DNA of 63,407 nucleotides, counting the filler, from Nemertoderma westbladi (lineage: Eukaryota > Animalia > Xenacoelomorpha), in assembly GCA_032718475.1 (NCBI GenBank). It is 3 parts of 3 records of this genome, joined end to end, with 100 filler letters (N's around TTAATTAATTAA, not from the genome) between each part and the next. Parts side by side here need not be neighbours in the genome. Positions count along the whole stretch, not along the records: positions 1 to 25,036 come from JAUCBJ010001660.1; 2 more parts are not named here. One strand, 5' to 3'. How positions within the stretch are numbered: position 1 is the stretch's first letter; every line of letters begins with the position of its first letter. A model generated the notes under the pieces. The model ran no database searches and had not been told where the DNA came from. It worked only from the letters and a program-made list of their open reading frames with translations. The translations under genes were made by a program, and so were the position numbers. Below are positions 1-11,094 of the stretch, one piece after another.

Positions 1-3000
1 ATAGCGCACATTTCGGTTTGATGTTACTCACCTTACTCTGAGTCACATTGTGTACACTTGCTTTTTCTTCGGGCTTTCTCACCTGAATTCTCTTGGGAGA
101 CGTAGGAGGAGTTTTTCTTACCTGTTCTCTCCTGTCATTTGTTCGAGACTTGAATTTACTTACCTGATCTTTAGGCATTTTATTTACGTAATAAGATCTA
201 TCAGTGTCCTTCCCGCTATCTTCTCCTTGAGAAGTCTGGCTTTCGCCGTCGTCTGTATAACACACTGGTGTTACCTTTCTCCTAGAGACGGGTTTTTCAC
301 TTACCTTGTTTTCCGGTGTCTTCTCTCTGGACAGTTTCAGGAGCTGTAATTTCACTTCTCCATCTAGGAATAACATGAGATCAGACATGGTAGGGTCTCG
401 TCGTTGTTGTTCCATCATATATAACACTTTCTTATCCCAGCGTGTACCTACTCCACCCTTCGGTAAAGTAGAAGCCACTGCTCTAATAACCATAGCATTC
501 TGATACTCATGAGACTTACCTAGCCAATCTAATTGTCTACAGATCTCCTGAATCTCATCGGAAAACTCTATAATTCCGCTGCTAATAAACTTTCGGGGCG
601 CTACCAACTTTGCATACAAATACCCAGCTATGTTATTCCTATTACCATACCTGATGTTTAGTGTATCCCAAACTTGTCTTAATCCGTCTGGATGTCCAAT
701 AAACTTTAACGCCATTAACTTGGGAGATCCTTCCAAGCACTCGATGAGGAATCTAAGTTTCTCTCCATTAGACAGTACAGAGTTCTGTATGTTATCTTTG
801 TAATATTCATTAAAAGGTAACCATTTCATCTCATCTCCATTGAATTTGACGATCTCTCCCACCTTCACCGCTTGCCGGGCTTCGGTTCTAGCCATTTGAC
901 GCGTAAAACTTTCTTGGGCCATCGTGTTATTTAATATCGAGTTATCGGTATATAAATTTCTCGGATTATGATCAGTTCTATAGGGAATGTCATTATCAAC
1001 AGGTCTATAATTACCCTTAATAGGGTTCACTATAGGAGTTTCTACTTCGCTAGCAGTATATATGCGTGTAGGCTCCACACCTTGCGCATGAGATACTTCA
1101 GACCTAACAGGTTGACACATTGTTACTGAGGGTGGTGGTATACCTCTTTGTGTATTTACTAATTTATCGCGTTCTAGCGCGATACTTTGCTGCACTTCTT
1201 GCAACTCTAGCCTACTTTCCCTTATTGTGCCTTTGAATTGCTGAACCGTCTCCTGCATCTGCCCGAGCAGGAGATCCATCCCCCGCCGTCTCTCGTCCAC
1301 CCATTCGACCGCCGAAGCGGGAGTCGCCATCGTTGTAGCGGGCGGACGAGGGACAACGGGCGACAAATTAGGAATATTTCGCTCGGGGTCCAGGACCTGA
1401 ACTGTCTCCTGGGCAGTTCTACTGGGCACAGGTAGCTTAGTGCTATGCAGAGGGAATTTAGAGGTAGCTTCAGGGAGCACAGGTGTGTCTATCACCGAAG
1501 GGGTGATTTCAAAAACAGGCCTAATTATTTCAGGCTCATCTACTATAGTAGGGAGTCTTTCTATTTTAATTATTAGGTCTGTGGGTTCTGTACTGCCTAA
1601 GTTGGTGTTATTTAGTTGCCTTCTAACAGCTGGAGGCAAATCAGGCAATTTCTGACGGTGGAATGTTCTTTTACGTCTGCTTAGACGAGATCTATTTCCT
1701 TTGCCTTCAGTATCGGTGGTATCGCCTTCTTCAGATGATGTATATCCCTGTCTTTTGGGAGTAGATCGATTCATCATCTGCATATTACTAGCTGTTAACT
1801 GTTTACTGAAGTCGTCTTGCTTCTCTTGAAGATTTTCCAACTCCAGTTGGGCGATCTCTTCAGCCGCTCTCCGTTCTGCTTCCGCCACCGCTGCCACTTT
1901 TGCCTCTGCCGCTGCCGCTTTTGCCTCTGCCGCTGCTTCTGCTGCTGCCGCTTTTGCCTCTGCCTCTGCTTCTGCTGCTGCCGCTTTTGCCTCTGCCTCT
2001 GCTTCTGCTGCTGCCGCTTTTGCCTTTGCCTCTGCTTCTGCCGCTGCCGCTTTTGCCTTTGCCTCTGCTTCTGCTGCTGCCGCTTTTGCCTCTGCCGCTG
2101 CTTCTGCCAAGGTCGCTTTTCTTTCTGCCTCTGCCACTGCTGCTATCTTTCTGTCTTCTATACGTTTTTTCCTTACTTGTTCTTCTTGGTCTCTAGCGAT
2201 GCGGAGTTGTTCATCGAATTTAGCTTGGTTCGCCGCTAACCTATCCACATCAATTGCATCCAACACACGCTGGGCTCCTTCACTATTAGGGCTAAGTCCA
2301 TCTAGCCTTCTCCTCAACTCTTCATCTCCCAAAAAACGCTGATAGTCCGACAGATAGATGTCAATGGCATCCTTCTTATGCGGTTTCTCTGCCGTCGCTT
2401 CACTTTCCACTTGGGAAAAAGTAGCGTCCGTTGATTCTCCATGGGTTGAGCGCTCTTCCAGCTGAGCTTTCCACTGAGCTGTTCCTTGAACCTGGCGACT
2501 CACCCGTTGAAACCAAGTCTTTACGGCAACTTGCAACGACGTGTCTTGTCTTCTTTTAGAAGCCTCCTCAAAGGCTGATAAGATTAGCCTAATTCGCAGA
2601 ATTCTTTCTCTAACTTGATAAAGCAGTTGTCCCTGCTCTTGAGGTCCTTGAGGTTGTTTAAACAGTTGTTTTTCTACTCGCTCCATAGAGCTGAAGAATC
2701 CTTGTGCGTATCCGGCTGCGGACCTCTTCCATACAGCTGGATCGATGGTTTCCTTGGCTACTCCCATCCGGTGTATGTCTTCCCAGACAGCTTCTGATAA
2801 ATCAAACGGGAGTCCGGGTCCGGGGAAGTTCCATTGCGACTCGACCATAGACTTCAGTTCTTCCCTTGTGTATCCCTCATAACGATCTTTAGTGGATCGC
2901 TTACTTCTCGCCCAATCGATCTGGTGTTCTTCCACCGCAATCAATAACCTAGTGAGTACGGCTGCAGGAAGGATGAGAAGGGGATCCGAATAAACCGCAT

Positions 3001-3322
3001 CCGTCATCTTTGCTCCGCGCTCGGGTGTCAGTTCTACAGTATCTTCACTACTGGAGCTGTCGGGCCGCTGAGAAATAAGTTCTTGGCTCGCGGGTTGTTG
3101 CTGTTCCGCTGCTTCTTGGTCCCGCTTGACCTGAGCTCGAGTGCCTATGATAGACCTACGATGTTGGACCAGCCTAGGTTCTGTTATTACTACTGGAGGG
3201 ATGACCTTCCTCACAGTGGGAGGTGAACTGAACTTAGGACTAGACGGTTCTACACCTCTATCTGAGTCGCAGATAGTTACATCTAATAAACTGTCTGACA
3301 GGTTCTGCTTAGTATCAGACAT
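1..3322 (-). CDS. gag: BEL/Pao LTR retrotransposon Gag(-Pol) ORF, N-terminal ~1107 aa, runs off the left edge
   Basis: Manual minus-strand translation from ATG at 3322 (MSDTKQNLSD...) is in the same frame as the codons at the window edge; it is absent from the ORF track, consistent with no stop in the window. It contains a DUF1759-like Gag core near 860-640 (KFNGDEMKWLPFNEYYKDNIQNSVLSNGEKLRFLIECLEGSPKLMALKFIGHPDGLRQVWDTLNIRYG) and ends at KPKCAL, the likely start of a Cys knuckle. Confidence 0.88.
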   Translation of the reverse strand, partial: MSDTKQNLSDSLLDVTICDSDRGVEPSSPKFSSPPTVRKVIPPVVITEPRLVQHRRSIIGTRAQVKRDQEAAEQQQPASQELISQRPDSSSSEDTVELTPERGAKMTDAVYSDPLLILPAAVLTRLLIAVEEHQIDWARSKRSTKDRYEGYTREELKSMVESQWNFPGPGLPFDLSEAVWEDIHRMGVAKETIDPAVWKRSAAGYAQGFFSSMERVEKQLFKQPQGPQEQGQLLYQVRERILRIRLILSAFEEASKRRQDTSLQVAVKTWFQRVSRQVQGTAQWKAQLEERSTHGESTDATFSQVESEATAEKPHKKDAIDIYLSDYQRFLGDEELRRRLDGLSPNSEGAQRVLDAIDVDRLAANQAKFDEQLRIARDQEEQVRKKRIEDRKIAAVAEAERKATLAEAAAEAKAAAAEAEAKAKAAAAEAEAKAKAAAAEAEAEAKAAAAEAEAEAKAAAAEAAAEAKAAAAEAKVAAVAEAERRAAEEIAQLELENLQEKQDDFSKQLTASNMQMMNRSTPKRQGYTSSEEGDTTDTEGKGNRSRLSRRKRTFHRQKLPDLPPAVRRQLNNTNLGSTEPTDLIIKIERLPTIVDEPEIIRPVFEITPSVIDTPVLPEATSKFPLHSTKLPVPSRTAQETVQVLDPERNIPNLSPVVPRPPATTMATPASAVEWVDERRRGMDLLLGQMQETVQQFKGTIRESRLELQEVQQSIALERDKLVNTQRGIPPPSVTMCQPVRSEVSHAQGVEPTRIYTASEVETPIVNPIKGNYRPVDNDIPYRTDHNPRNLYTDNSILNNTMAQESFTRQMARTEARQAVKVGEIVKFNGDEMKWLPFNEYYKDNIQNSVLSNGEKLRFLIECLEGSPKLMALKFIGHPDGLRQVWDTLNIRYGNRNNIAGYLYAKLVAPRKFISSGIIEFSDEIQEICRQLDWLGKSHEYQNAMVIRAVASTLPKGGVGTRWDKKVLYMMEQQRRDPTMSDLMLFLDGEVKLQLLKLSREKTPENKVSEKPVSRRKVTPVCYTDDGESQTSQGEDSGKDTDRSYYVNKMPKDQVSKFKSRTNDRREQVRKTPPTSPKRIQVRKPEEKASVHNVTQSKVSNIKPKCAL
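1880..2140 (-). repeat. 33-bp coding tandem repeat in gag (11-aa unit AAAAEAEAEAK)
   Basis: Plus-strand unit ctgctgctgccgcttttgcctctgcctctgctt repeated about 5-6 times; in frame with gag. Confidence 0.9.
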
Positions 3323-3384
3323 GTTTGTTTACACAGTTGAATGTCTACTGCAATTACAGTCTAAGTAACCCTTAGAATTCAGAA

Positions 3385-3666
3385 AGTAAGAGTTAGTAGA
3401 GAAGTTAGTAAGAGGGTACAGTACCGTTAGTAGTAAGAGTTAGTAGAGAAGTTAGTAAGAGGGTACGTATAGTACCGGTAGTAAGAGTTAGTAGAGAAGT
3501 TAGTAAGAGGGTACGTAGTACCGTTAGTAGTAAGAGTTAGTAAAGAAGTTAGTAAGAGGGTACGTATAGTACCGTTAGTAGTAAGAGTTAGTGGTAGGAG
3601 GATATGTAATATATAGTATACAGTAAGAGTTAGTAAAATTAGTTAGAAAAGTTAGTAAAGTTAGTG
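3385..3666 (-). repeat. ~47-49-bp tandem repeat rich in TACTAAC (minus strand) just upstream of the gag ATG
   Basis: Plus-strand unit agtaagagttagtagagaagttagtaagagggtac(gtat)agtaccgttagt about 4.5 times; about 13 exact gttagta (= TACTAAC) copies counted by eye. Confidence 0.9.
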
Positions 3667-3983
3667 GTGAGTAGCGAGAGGGGGGCACGTGGGTACAGCT
3701 GGACAGATCGTGTAGGCCACACGAGACATACTGCTGTACTGCACAAGCCCATAGAGTAGGCCAGAATATGGATTAGAATAGGAATAATCCATTAGTAAAT
3801 AGAATAGCACAGTTATAGGATTAAAAATAAATGTTAAAAAAAATATAAATTAGACAAATTATGGTAACAGTAGGGAAAATATTCCAGAATATAATTAAAG
3901 TAACGGACAGAATTACGAAATTTAGTAGAATTTAGAACTTTTAGAAAATAAGGTAGGAAAATTAGGCAATAACCTAACATTCA

Positions 3984-6646
3984 GTGAGAGATAGGCCATT
4001 ATCGGACCGCACAGACCATCCTAACTACATCACTCACTTATATTGTGCCTTGGCAAGGCCCCACCTTATAGGTGAGCGATCGGGAGAGTTCGAAATGGTG
4101 GAGAAACTTGTTCGAAAGAGAAAGGCGGAGTTGGGAGGAAAGGAGATACTGGTGGATTTCACCGAAAGGCATCCGGAAGAGAAGACGAGGGGATACTACG
4201 AGCGGTTAGAGAGGGGTCACAAAGCGCGAGCGCTGCAGGACCATTTCAGGGAGGTGCACGAACAGCGGCTGGTCGGGACCTATGGGACACCATCGCTAGA
4301 CAATGCGATCTTCAAGCATTTCCACTACGTGGTGAAGGGAGATGAGGCGAAGTTCGGGATACCAAAGTATCCAAAGGAACCACCAAGAAAGGACTGGAAG
4401 AGGTTCGTAGAGTCCGTCAGCAGGGGAGGATACATGGTCCTGGACGATGAGGGGACCATGGAAGACGAGGAAGGTTCGAGAAGAGGGTCGGCGGGGTCAG
4501 CCAGAACCATACTCCTGCATTTGGCCGCGCCAAAATGGGGATATTTTCCTGTTCGATCTGGGAACGTATGGGAAGAAGAATGGGCCGATGTTAAACCGGT
4601 TGCCAAAGGCGGTGCAAACCCTAGTGAGAGAGAAGTCGACGATAAAGGTGGGATCAGCGATCCGCGACGATGCGGAGAGGATCATCGGTCCGGAGACCCC
4701 CAACCTCCTGGACATGCAGACGGTCTACATGGCTATGACAGCGCCAGACGGGTTGGGACTAGTAGAGAACGCAGGCCATTGTGGAGCGGTGGCGATTGGC
4801 CAGCTAATGGGGCTCATATGTCACAAACCAATGGACTGGAGTAAATTCAGAGAGGAGTACGGAGCGGAGTTGGCGAACTCGTTGAAGTGGGGAGCGAGAC
4901 CGGGGAAGCAAGAGGTGTATCAATTCCGGAGAGGAGCGATAAAGGTATATCAGAAGCGATATATCCTGCAGGAGGACTGGATAATGATAGGTTTGCTAAA
5001 CCTATTCATAACCGTGGTTATCGAGAGAGAACCAACGGAATTCCTGCTATCGGGATCACCCCTGAACTACAGAAGAGCCTTCAAAGCGGCTTTCGAGGGT
5101 CTGGTAGACCACCCGGGGCTGAAGGGCGAGTCGGTATACTATAACTGCCGATATCTAGTAGACGGGGAGGTGGATATGCCATATCAGAGGTGGGAGCAGC
5201 TAGAGGCGGATAGACGAGAGGCGAAGCGATTGGAAGAAATCGCTAGGCGAGAAAGGAAGGAGGCAGAAGAAAGGGAGGCGGAAGTTAGAGGAGAGAGCTA
5301 CGGATTCGAGGAACAGGCGGCCTTAGACGAGCTACACTGGACATCAGGGAGTTCGGGGGAGTCTCTAGGGCGAGAATTGGGGTGGACGGTGGGATCACCG
5401 AAACAGTCGACATTGGGATTGCAGACGATGCCCATACCAGCGGGCGCCGAGGGCCTGAGGCCAGGGGAACTGGAAGGATGGAGAGTCACGGGCGAGAGCC
5501 AAGGTGGGAAGGGTCACAGTGGATCCACCGGGATACCGGGATTGGAGCCACTCGCAGAGGAGGACGAGGATGACGACGAGTTCGGAGAGATGCCGCCCAT
5601 CTGAGAATCGGCCACTCGGACACGGACTGGGTTGGCGGGAGGGTGGTGACGGCCAGCGGGGCGAGGGCCTTCTGGGATAAACCCAGCAAGCGGGCCTGGG
5701 TGCATGAGGAGCCGGCGATGGATTTCGCGGGGAGCACCATCAGGTTGGGCGAGCAACCGGGAACGGCACCACGGGTAGTATTCGGAGAAACGATGCCCGG
5801 GCGGGGCGAGGAGATAGACGTGGACAGGGACGCTAACATCCAGAAGTTCGCTTACCAGCGACTCCACAGACCGAGGAGATCGCTTGGGACGAAAGACGAC
5901 GTGGGGCGGGAGGCATTGGTACTCGGCTGCGATTACTGCGGGAGGCAGACTCACCAGGAAAGGAACTGCTTGTACCGATTCCAGAAAGGGACTAGCTGTC
6001 TCTACTGCCGCGAGTCGAGTCATAGGATGGGGCGTGTCCACGGTTGCACAACCGGTGCTCTAAGTGCAACTTCCGGGGGCACTACGGACGCCAGTGCAAC
6101 TGGATGGACGACGAGGAGAAGTTTAGGATCTTCGAGGAGTGGGCTGATGTCGGTGCCATGACCCGGCAGCGGATGAAGGCCCAGGAATTCCGGTGGGGCT
6201 TCTTTAATATCAACCAGGAGGCCCGCCTGGAAATCATTAAACGGAGACTTCCGTTTACTTATCAGGAGGTGTCAACGGCGGCGTCGTATGCCGGAGTGAT
6301 AAATACGCAGAGGTATTTGGACAGGTGGACACCACAGAACCGGGGAGAGTTCAGACATTTCTTGGCGGAGCATGTGCCGCGGGCTATGAAAGTGATCCTA
6401 TGGGACGCCACTAGGGGGAAACAACATGGCCATTCGGAGGGGCCACCCGCGAAGCGATACCGGGAGCTAATAACACCAGCGCCCAGGGAGTCGACGACAG
6501 GAATCAGTAGACAGGTGACGGCGAGGACCAGGAACCTAAAAGGGGATAAGAGCAAGGGAGCGGCAGCGACCAGGAAACGACCGAGGGAGGAGGACGACAG
6601 AGGGAAGGAGTTGAGATGGTTCCCAAAGTCAGGTGGAACGAACTAG
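3984..6646 (+). pseudogene. Frameshifted antisense ORF inside the retrotransposon leader: DEDDy (WRN/EXD/RNase D-like) 3'-5' exonuclease followed by CCHC zinc knuckles
   Basis: Joining ORFs 3984-4844, 4447-5604, 5643-6161 and 6044-6646 across three frameshifts (~4530, ~5600, ~6030) gives ExoI MVLDDEG...ILLHLAAP, IFLFDL...LPKAVQTLV, ExoII IKVGSAIRDDAERI...LLDMQ and ExoIII-like YQKRYILQED. These are followed by CDYCGRQTHQERNC, CLYCRESSH...C and CSKCNFRGHYGRQC. Confidence 0.7.
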
Positions 6647-7129
6647 AACTTAGGTGTGGAGATGCCTGGAAGGCACCACATGAGAAGTAATACGAACTCC
6701 TAAGTGCAAATTGAATTAAAAGTGCAATTAGTATGTACGTATGTAATAATCATTAGTATAGTCACATAGCAAATATAATCAAAGGAAGTACTATAGTCAT
6801 ATAACCTTTTCCAATTAGCTACTGGGACTGGGGACCAATTGACTATGACAGGACGAGGCATTAGACGACTCCACACTTCTTGAGTGCGATGGCACAGGAG
6901 GGGAGGGTGAGGCTCGTCAGGGGTGAGTGGTTTAGTTAGAGGTTGAGTATAGAACGCGTGGAGGGAAGGAGAGTGCAATTCAAGTGTGGGGGGGGGGGAG
7001 GAGTAAGAGGTAGAGTGAGGGACAAGGATGTCCGAGAGTTAGAGTGGAGGAGAGGTTAGAGTCAGTTGGAGCGGAGTTAAAGTGGAGAGAGTAGTGGGGA
7101 GGTAAAATTGTGTGAGAAATCCACAATTG

Positions 7130-7147
7130 TCTCGACACGGGACACCA
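7130..7147 (-). promoter_or_regulatory. Putative primer-binding site (TGGTGTCCCGTGTCGAGA)
   Basis: TGG begins 2 nt inside the CA end of the LTR. It resembles the complement of an elongator tRNA-Met 3' end as recalled; not verified. Confidence 0.65.
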
Positions 7148-7149
7148 GA

Positions 7150-7919
7150 TGTCTTGGTGCAACATAGATGAAGTTGCATCAAGAGAGGGTAGCTATATCA
7201 TACCCATAGGGAGCGGCCTGGAAAGCCGGCTCCGAGAAAGAGAACTCCACCTCACACCCGATAGTAGATCGGGATCCAGCGGAATTGAAGCGCACTCGTT
7301 GGTGATGCTATCTTCTCACCGGGAAGATAGCATGGGGGGAGTGTGAGCGGATTCAATTCCGCCCACCACCCCATAAAGTTGGGAAGTTGCACCTTTTAGC
7401 AATATTGGGGATACGAGGTTAATCCCCAATTAACCTCGTACCACACACCCAATAAACAGGGACAACAAACCCCGAAGCGCCACACAAAGGGAGGTCAGAG
7501 GTTAAACCTCCGGAGAGGAAAGTGACAGCATCGTGGGGGAAACACTCCCACAAAGGTGAGAGCCGAGAATTAGGTTATTGGCCAATCAGAGCTAGGAAAT
7601 GCATCCGCTAGGTACAAGGGCCACAAGTAATGTAGCTAACCAATATATATTACCGGTCAGTATCCATCTCAATTCAGTTATCTCAGTCACAAAGGGCAGT
7701 ACGGTGACACTTTAACACCGTCACCGCCGTCACCAATTATATCACCAACTATATTGATTACCGGTCAACTTTGCTATCTGTTATCTCAACTTATATCGTA
7801 TACTATATTTTATACATCTGTTCATCAATAATATCGAAACAACAATAAACTCTTTTCATTCGCACGGCGGGGACGCTTACATAAACCAAAACCGGTCGGG
7901 ATCCCCTGATCCCGTCACA
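7150..7919 (-). repeat. 5' LTR (~770 bp) of the BEL/Pao element
   Basis: Minus strand starts TGTGACGGG (7919) and ends CCAAGACA (7150), directly followed by the PBS; composition shifts to AT-rich host DNA beyond 7920. The partner LTR is not in the window. Confidence 0.7.
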
Positions 7920-8637
7920 TAATTGAATTAATTGTAGTTGACTCCTGTATGCAATATGTATACAGGAGTCTCAACAGTTTTTCACATATTACTTTTTCGA
8001 TATTTCGATAGGCCTATACTATAATATGTTTTTGTTACGGTTACAGAGTCTAATAATCAGATAATGTACCGTATATTATTATTGAAATTTAGTAAATAAA
8101 AAATCGGCAGTGATCCCAACATTTACCTATTTTTAATCTCCCCTTGTAACACTTACCCTTTTTTAATCTGTCAAATTTACATATTTTTAATACGGATTTT
8201 ACCCCTTCTCGTCTGTCATGCTGTCAGGCTGTCATGCCTGTCTGCTTCTTTTCTTACATAGGCCTATTCAGATCTTAGCACAGTCCAGCAGTCAAACAGT
8301 TCTGAAGTTTGTAGTTCTGGACATGGGTGGGCACTCGGACAGGCATCCAGACATCCCAACAAGTCCCTAAAAGGTGCCACCCTGCTCCATAGCGCGGGAA
8401 ATTCAAATGATTGAAAGACATTTATCTATTCTGAGGCTTCGAGCAGCACGTGAATAACTAAGCTGACCGGTTAACTAGTCTGGGACTTCGAGCAGCACGT
8501 GAACAACTAAGCTGACTTGTTAACTTGTCTTGGACTTCGAGCAAAATTGAGGAGCGGGGGGGGGGGGGGGGGGTAGTGTCTACATCATTGTCCAGAATAG
8601 GGTGTTTCCCTTCACTTCTATGGGGCTTTCTATTAGT

Positions 8638-8802
8638 AAACTGGAATAACAGCCACTGGAAAAACAGCCACTGGGTTTGCTGGAAAAACAGCCAGTCAAA
8701 GTTACAAAGTTGTTTAATTTTGCTGGAAAAACAGCCACTGTGAAAACTGGAATAACAGCCACTGGAAAAACAGCCAGTGGGTTTGCTGGAAAAACAGCCA
8801 TT
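8638..8802. repeat. Subterminal repeats (ctggaaaaacagcca, direct and inverted) of an inner MULE-type element
   Basis: About 8 copies of ctggaa(t/a)aacagcca upstream of the FLYWCH-MULE transposase; no matching right arm found. Confidence 0.65.
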
Positions 8803-9203
8803 CAAAATTACCGCTCATATAATTATGTGTGTTCATTACATATAATTATGTGTGTCCATTAATTATTATCTGTAACAGGGTTTACAGTACCTACTGTATA
8901 CTTGATGCCACTGTTGCTACTACTGTATCTACTACAGTGTAATAAATATTAACGAAATCGTTAGAGCCGTTTTTAAGCTATTTTGCTTGAAATATTATTA
9001 CTATTACAACAAATTTTTACAGAAAGTAACCTCCGGTTCCTAATAAAATATATGTAAAATGTAGTATTGTGTGCTGACCAAGGCGTCCTAAATAATGGTA
9101 CTTACCTACAGCAGTACAGTACCTGCTCTGTCTAGGCCGCCTCTGCGCATTATGCATTACTGCTAGCAGTACCCGTATTCGTACAATCTATACTGTATTC
9201 AAG

Positions 9204-10619
9204 ATGACCACGTACAAAACTAACAAAGAAAAGGAGTGTTTCGAGCATAACGGATATTCATACCGTTTGTGCAATCCTAGTGCTCCTGTGAATCCTGTGT
9301 CATTGAACAAATCTTGGCGTTGTCGCCAAACCGGTTGCAAGGGTCGATTGTGGACTTACGATCAGAACAATTATCGCGAAATTCGGAGTGAGCACGGCGA
9401 AAACTGTGCGCCTCAACCCGAGCGTCGATTAGTTGAAAAAACGCGATGTGTAATAAAAGATCAAGCAAAGAAGACTTTTCGGCCAATGCCTACTATTTAC
9501 CGTGAAAACGCAGCTGTATTATCGGCTAATCCAGTGGCTGCTGGGCAGCTTCCTGCTTTACGTCGCATGGAATCAAGTTTGTACAAAGCTAGAAAGAGTC
9601 AGTTTCCTCACGTTCCTCAGACATTGGAAGAGTTTGCAACTGCGATCAACAAACCTCCCGATGATCCCGAATCCTTCCCTGACCAGCTTCGACGCACAAT
9701 CTCTGGACATCAGTTCCTTTTCTACTGTAGCGATACTGCTGATATTGTGATTTACATGACCGATGGGTGTTTCCGTCGTTTGTGCGCGGCCACAGATGTA
9801 GCTATGGACGGAACATTTAAAATCGTTCCTGAGTTGTGGCAGCAACTATTCATGCGTTTAATGGTGACAGGTGCCAGCCGATGGTGTACATTCCCATGAT
9901 GCACAAGGATCGCAAATCATACGTCAGAATTTTACGCATTCTAAAAGATCATGCAGCAGAAATACAACTGCAGTTCAATCCAGCGAGAATATCAATTGAG
10001 TTTGAAACTGGACTTATTCCTGCTCTGCTTGCAGAGTTACCAGCTTCCCAAATCTGCGGATGCCACTTCCATATGTGTCAGGCTATTTACCGTAAGATAC
10101 AGGAACTCGGTGTGGCAGTCGCATATGCCGACCCCGACCAGAATGTACCTGTTCGTTTGGTTGTTCGCTGCTTGATGGCCGTTGTCTTTCTGCCACCACA
10201 AGACATTGACCCTGGCTTTCAGCAACTCATCGAGTTTGCTCCGCCCATCATATTCGACCAACTGTTCCAGTATTTCGAAGGTCAGTGGCTAAACAATGAG
10301 TATGCATGGCCGCAGACGGCGCACAAACAATAATGTAGAAGGATGGCATTCTGCTATGACCAAGGCTATCGCAAAGAATCATCCAAATTCCTATGAGTTT
10401 CTTTCATTTATTCGTCTGGAGCAAGGCCGGATGGAGACGGAGTTGCAGCAGATTCAACAAGGACAGCAGGTGAATCGCCGAAATGTGAAATACGAAAAAA
10501 TCAATCGTGCTATTACTGTCCTCACGCAGCGCTATGCTGATGTGCCTGATTTCATTGCCCTGGATTTCTGCCTCCAAATGTCCGTTCTATTCAGTAACCC
10601 TCTCAATATTGCTTTGTAA
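9204..10619 (+). pseudogene. FLYWCH + MULE-domain transposase, two frameshifts
   Basis: GYSY...WRCRQTGCKGRL...EH (FLYWCH-like); DGTFKIVP..WQQL; frameshift; IEFETGLI...GCHFHMCQAIYRKIQELG; frameshift; RTNNNVEGWH. ORFs 9204-9899, 9836-10333 and 10296-10619. Confidence 0.88.
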
Positions 10620-11094
10620 CTGAAATCCAGTACCGGGTATTGCAAACTGTAACTCTAAATGCAATTAACATGGATTTAAAACTAATAATAGTTGGTCTTA
10701 TTCTTAAAACTGTTCGGCTTTTCGGAATATACAGTTATTCGGAATATACGGAATATACAGTAATATTAATAATGGTAGCTGTTCAATAATGAATTGTGCA
10801 TTAACGATTTGTGCATAATGACTTTTGTTGTCCCTTTAATGACTTTTGTTGTCCTTTAATGACTTTTTATGTATGTATTTCTTCAAACTGTCAGACTTCT
10901 GATTTCTGGACTGTCAGACAGTTGATTTCAACATGCCTATGCCAAAACATTCAAAATTTGTTGATTTCTGGTCTTTGGACAGTTGGTTTCACTATGCCTG
11001 TGCCAAAACATTCAAAATTCCATCCAAACTAAATTTAATAGTTTGTGGTTGTTGTCGATAATCGATTACCACATGACGTAGCAAAACACTCATT

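Larger units (their letters stand above)
1..7919 (-). mobile_element. BEL/Pao LTR retrotransposon, 5' portion (LTR, PBS, long leader, gag)
   Basis: Order on the minus strand is TGT...ACA-bounded LTR, TGG primer-binding site, leader, DUF1759-type gag. The 3' half and second LTR lie outside the window. Confidence 0.8.

Noticed and set aside
1817-2239. Cys-rich and Leu/Pro-rich plus-strand ORFs
   Set aside because: Antisense shadows of the Ala/Glu/Lys repeat in gag.
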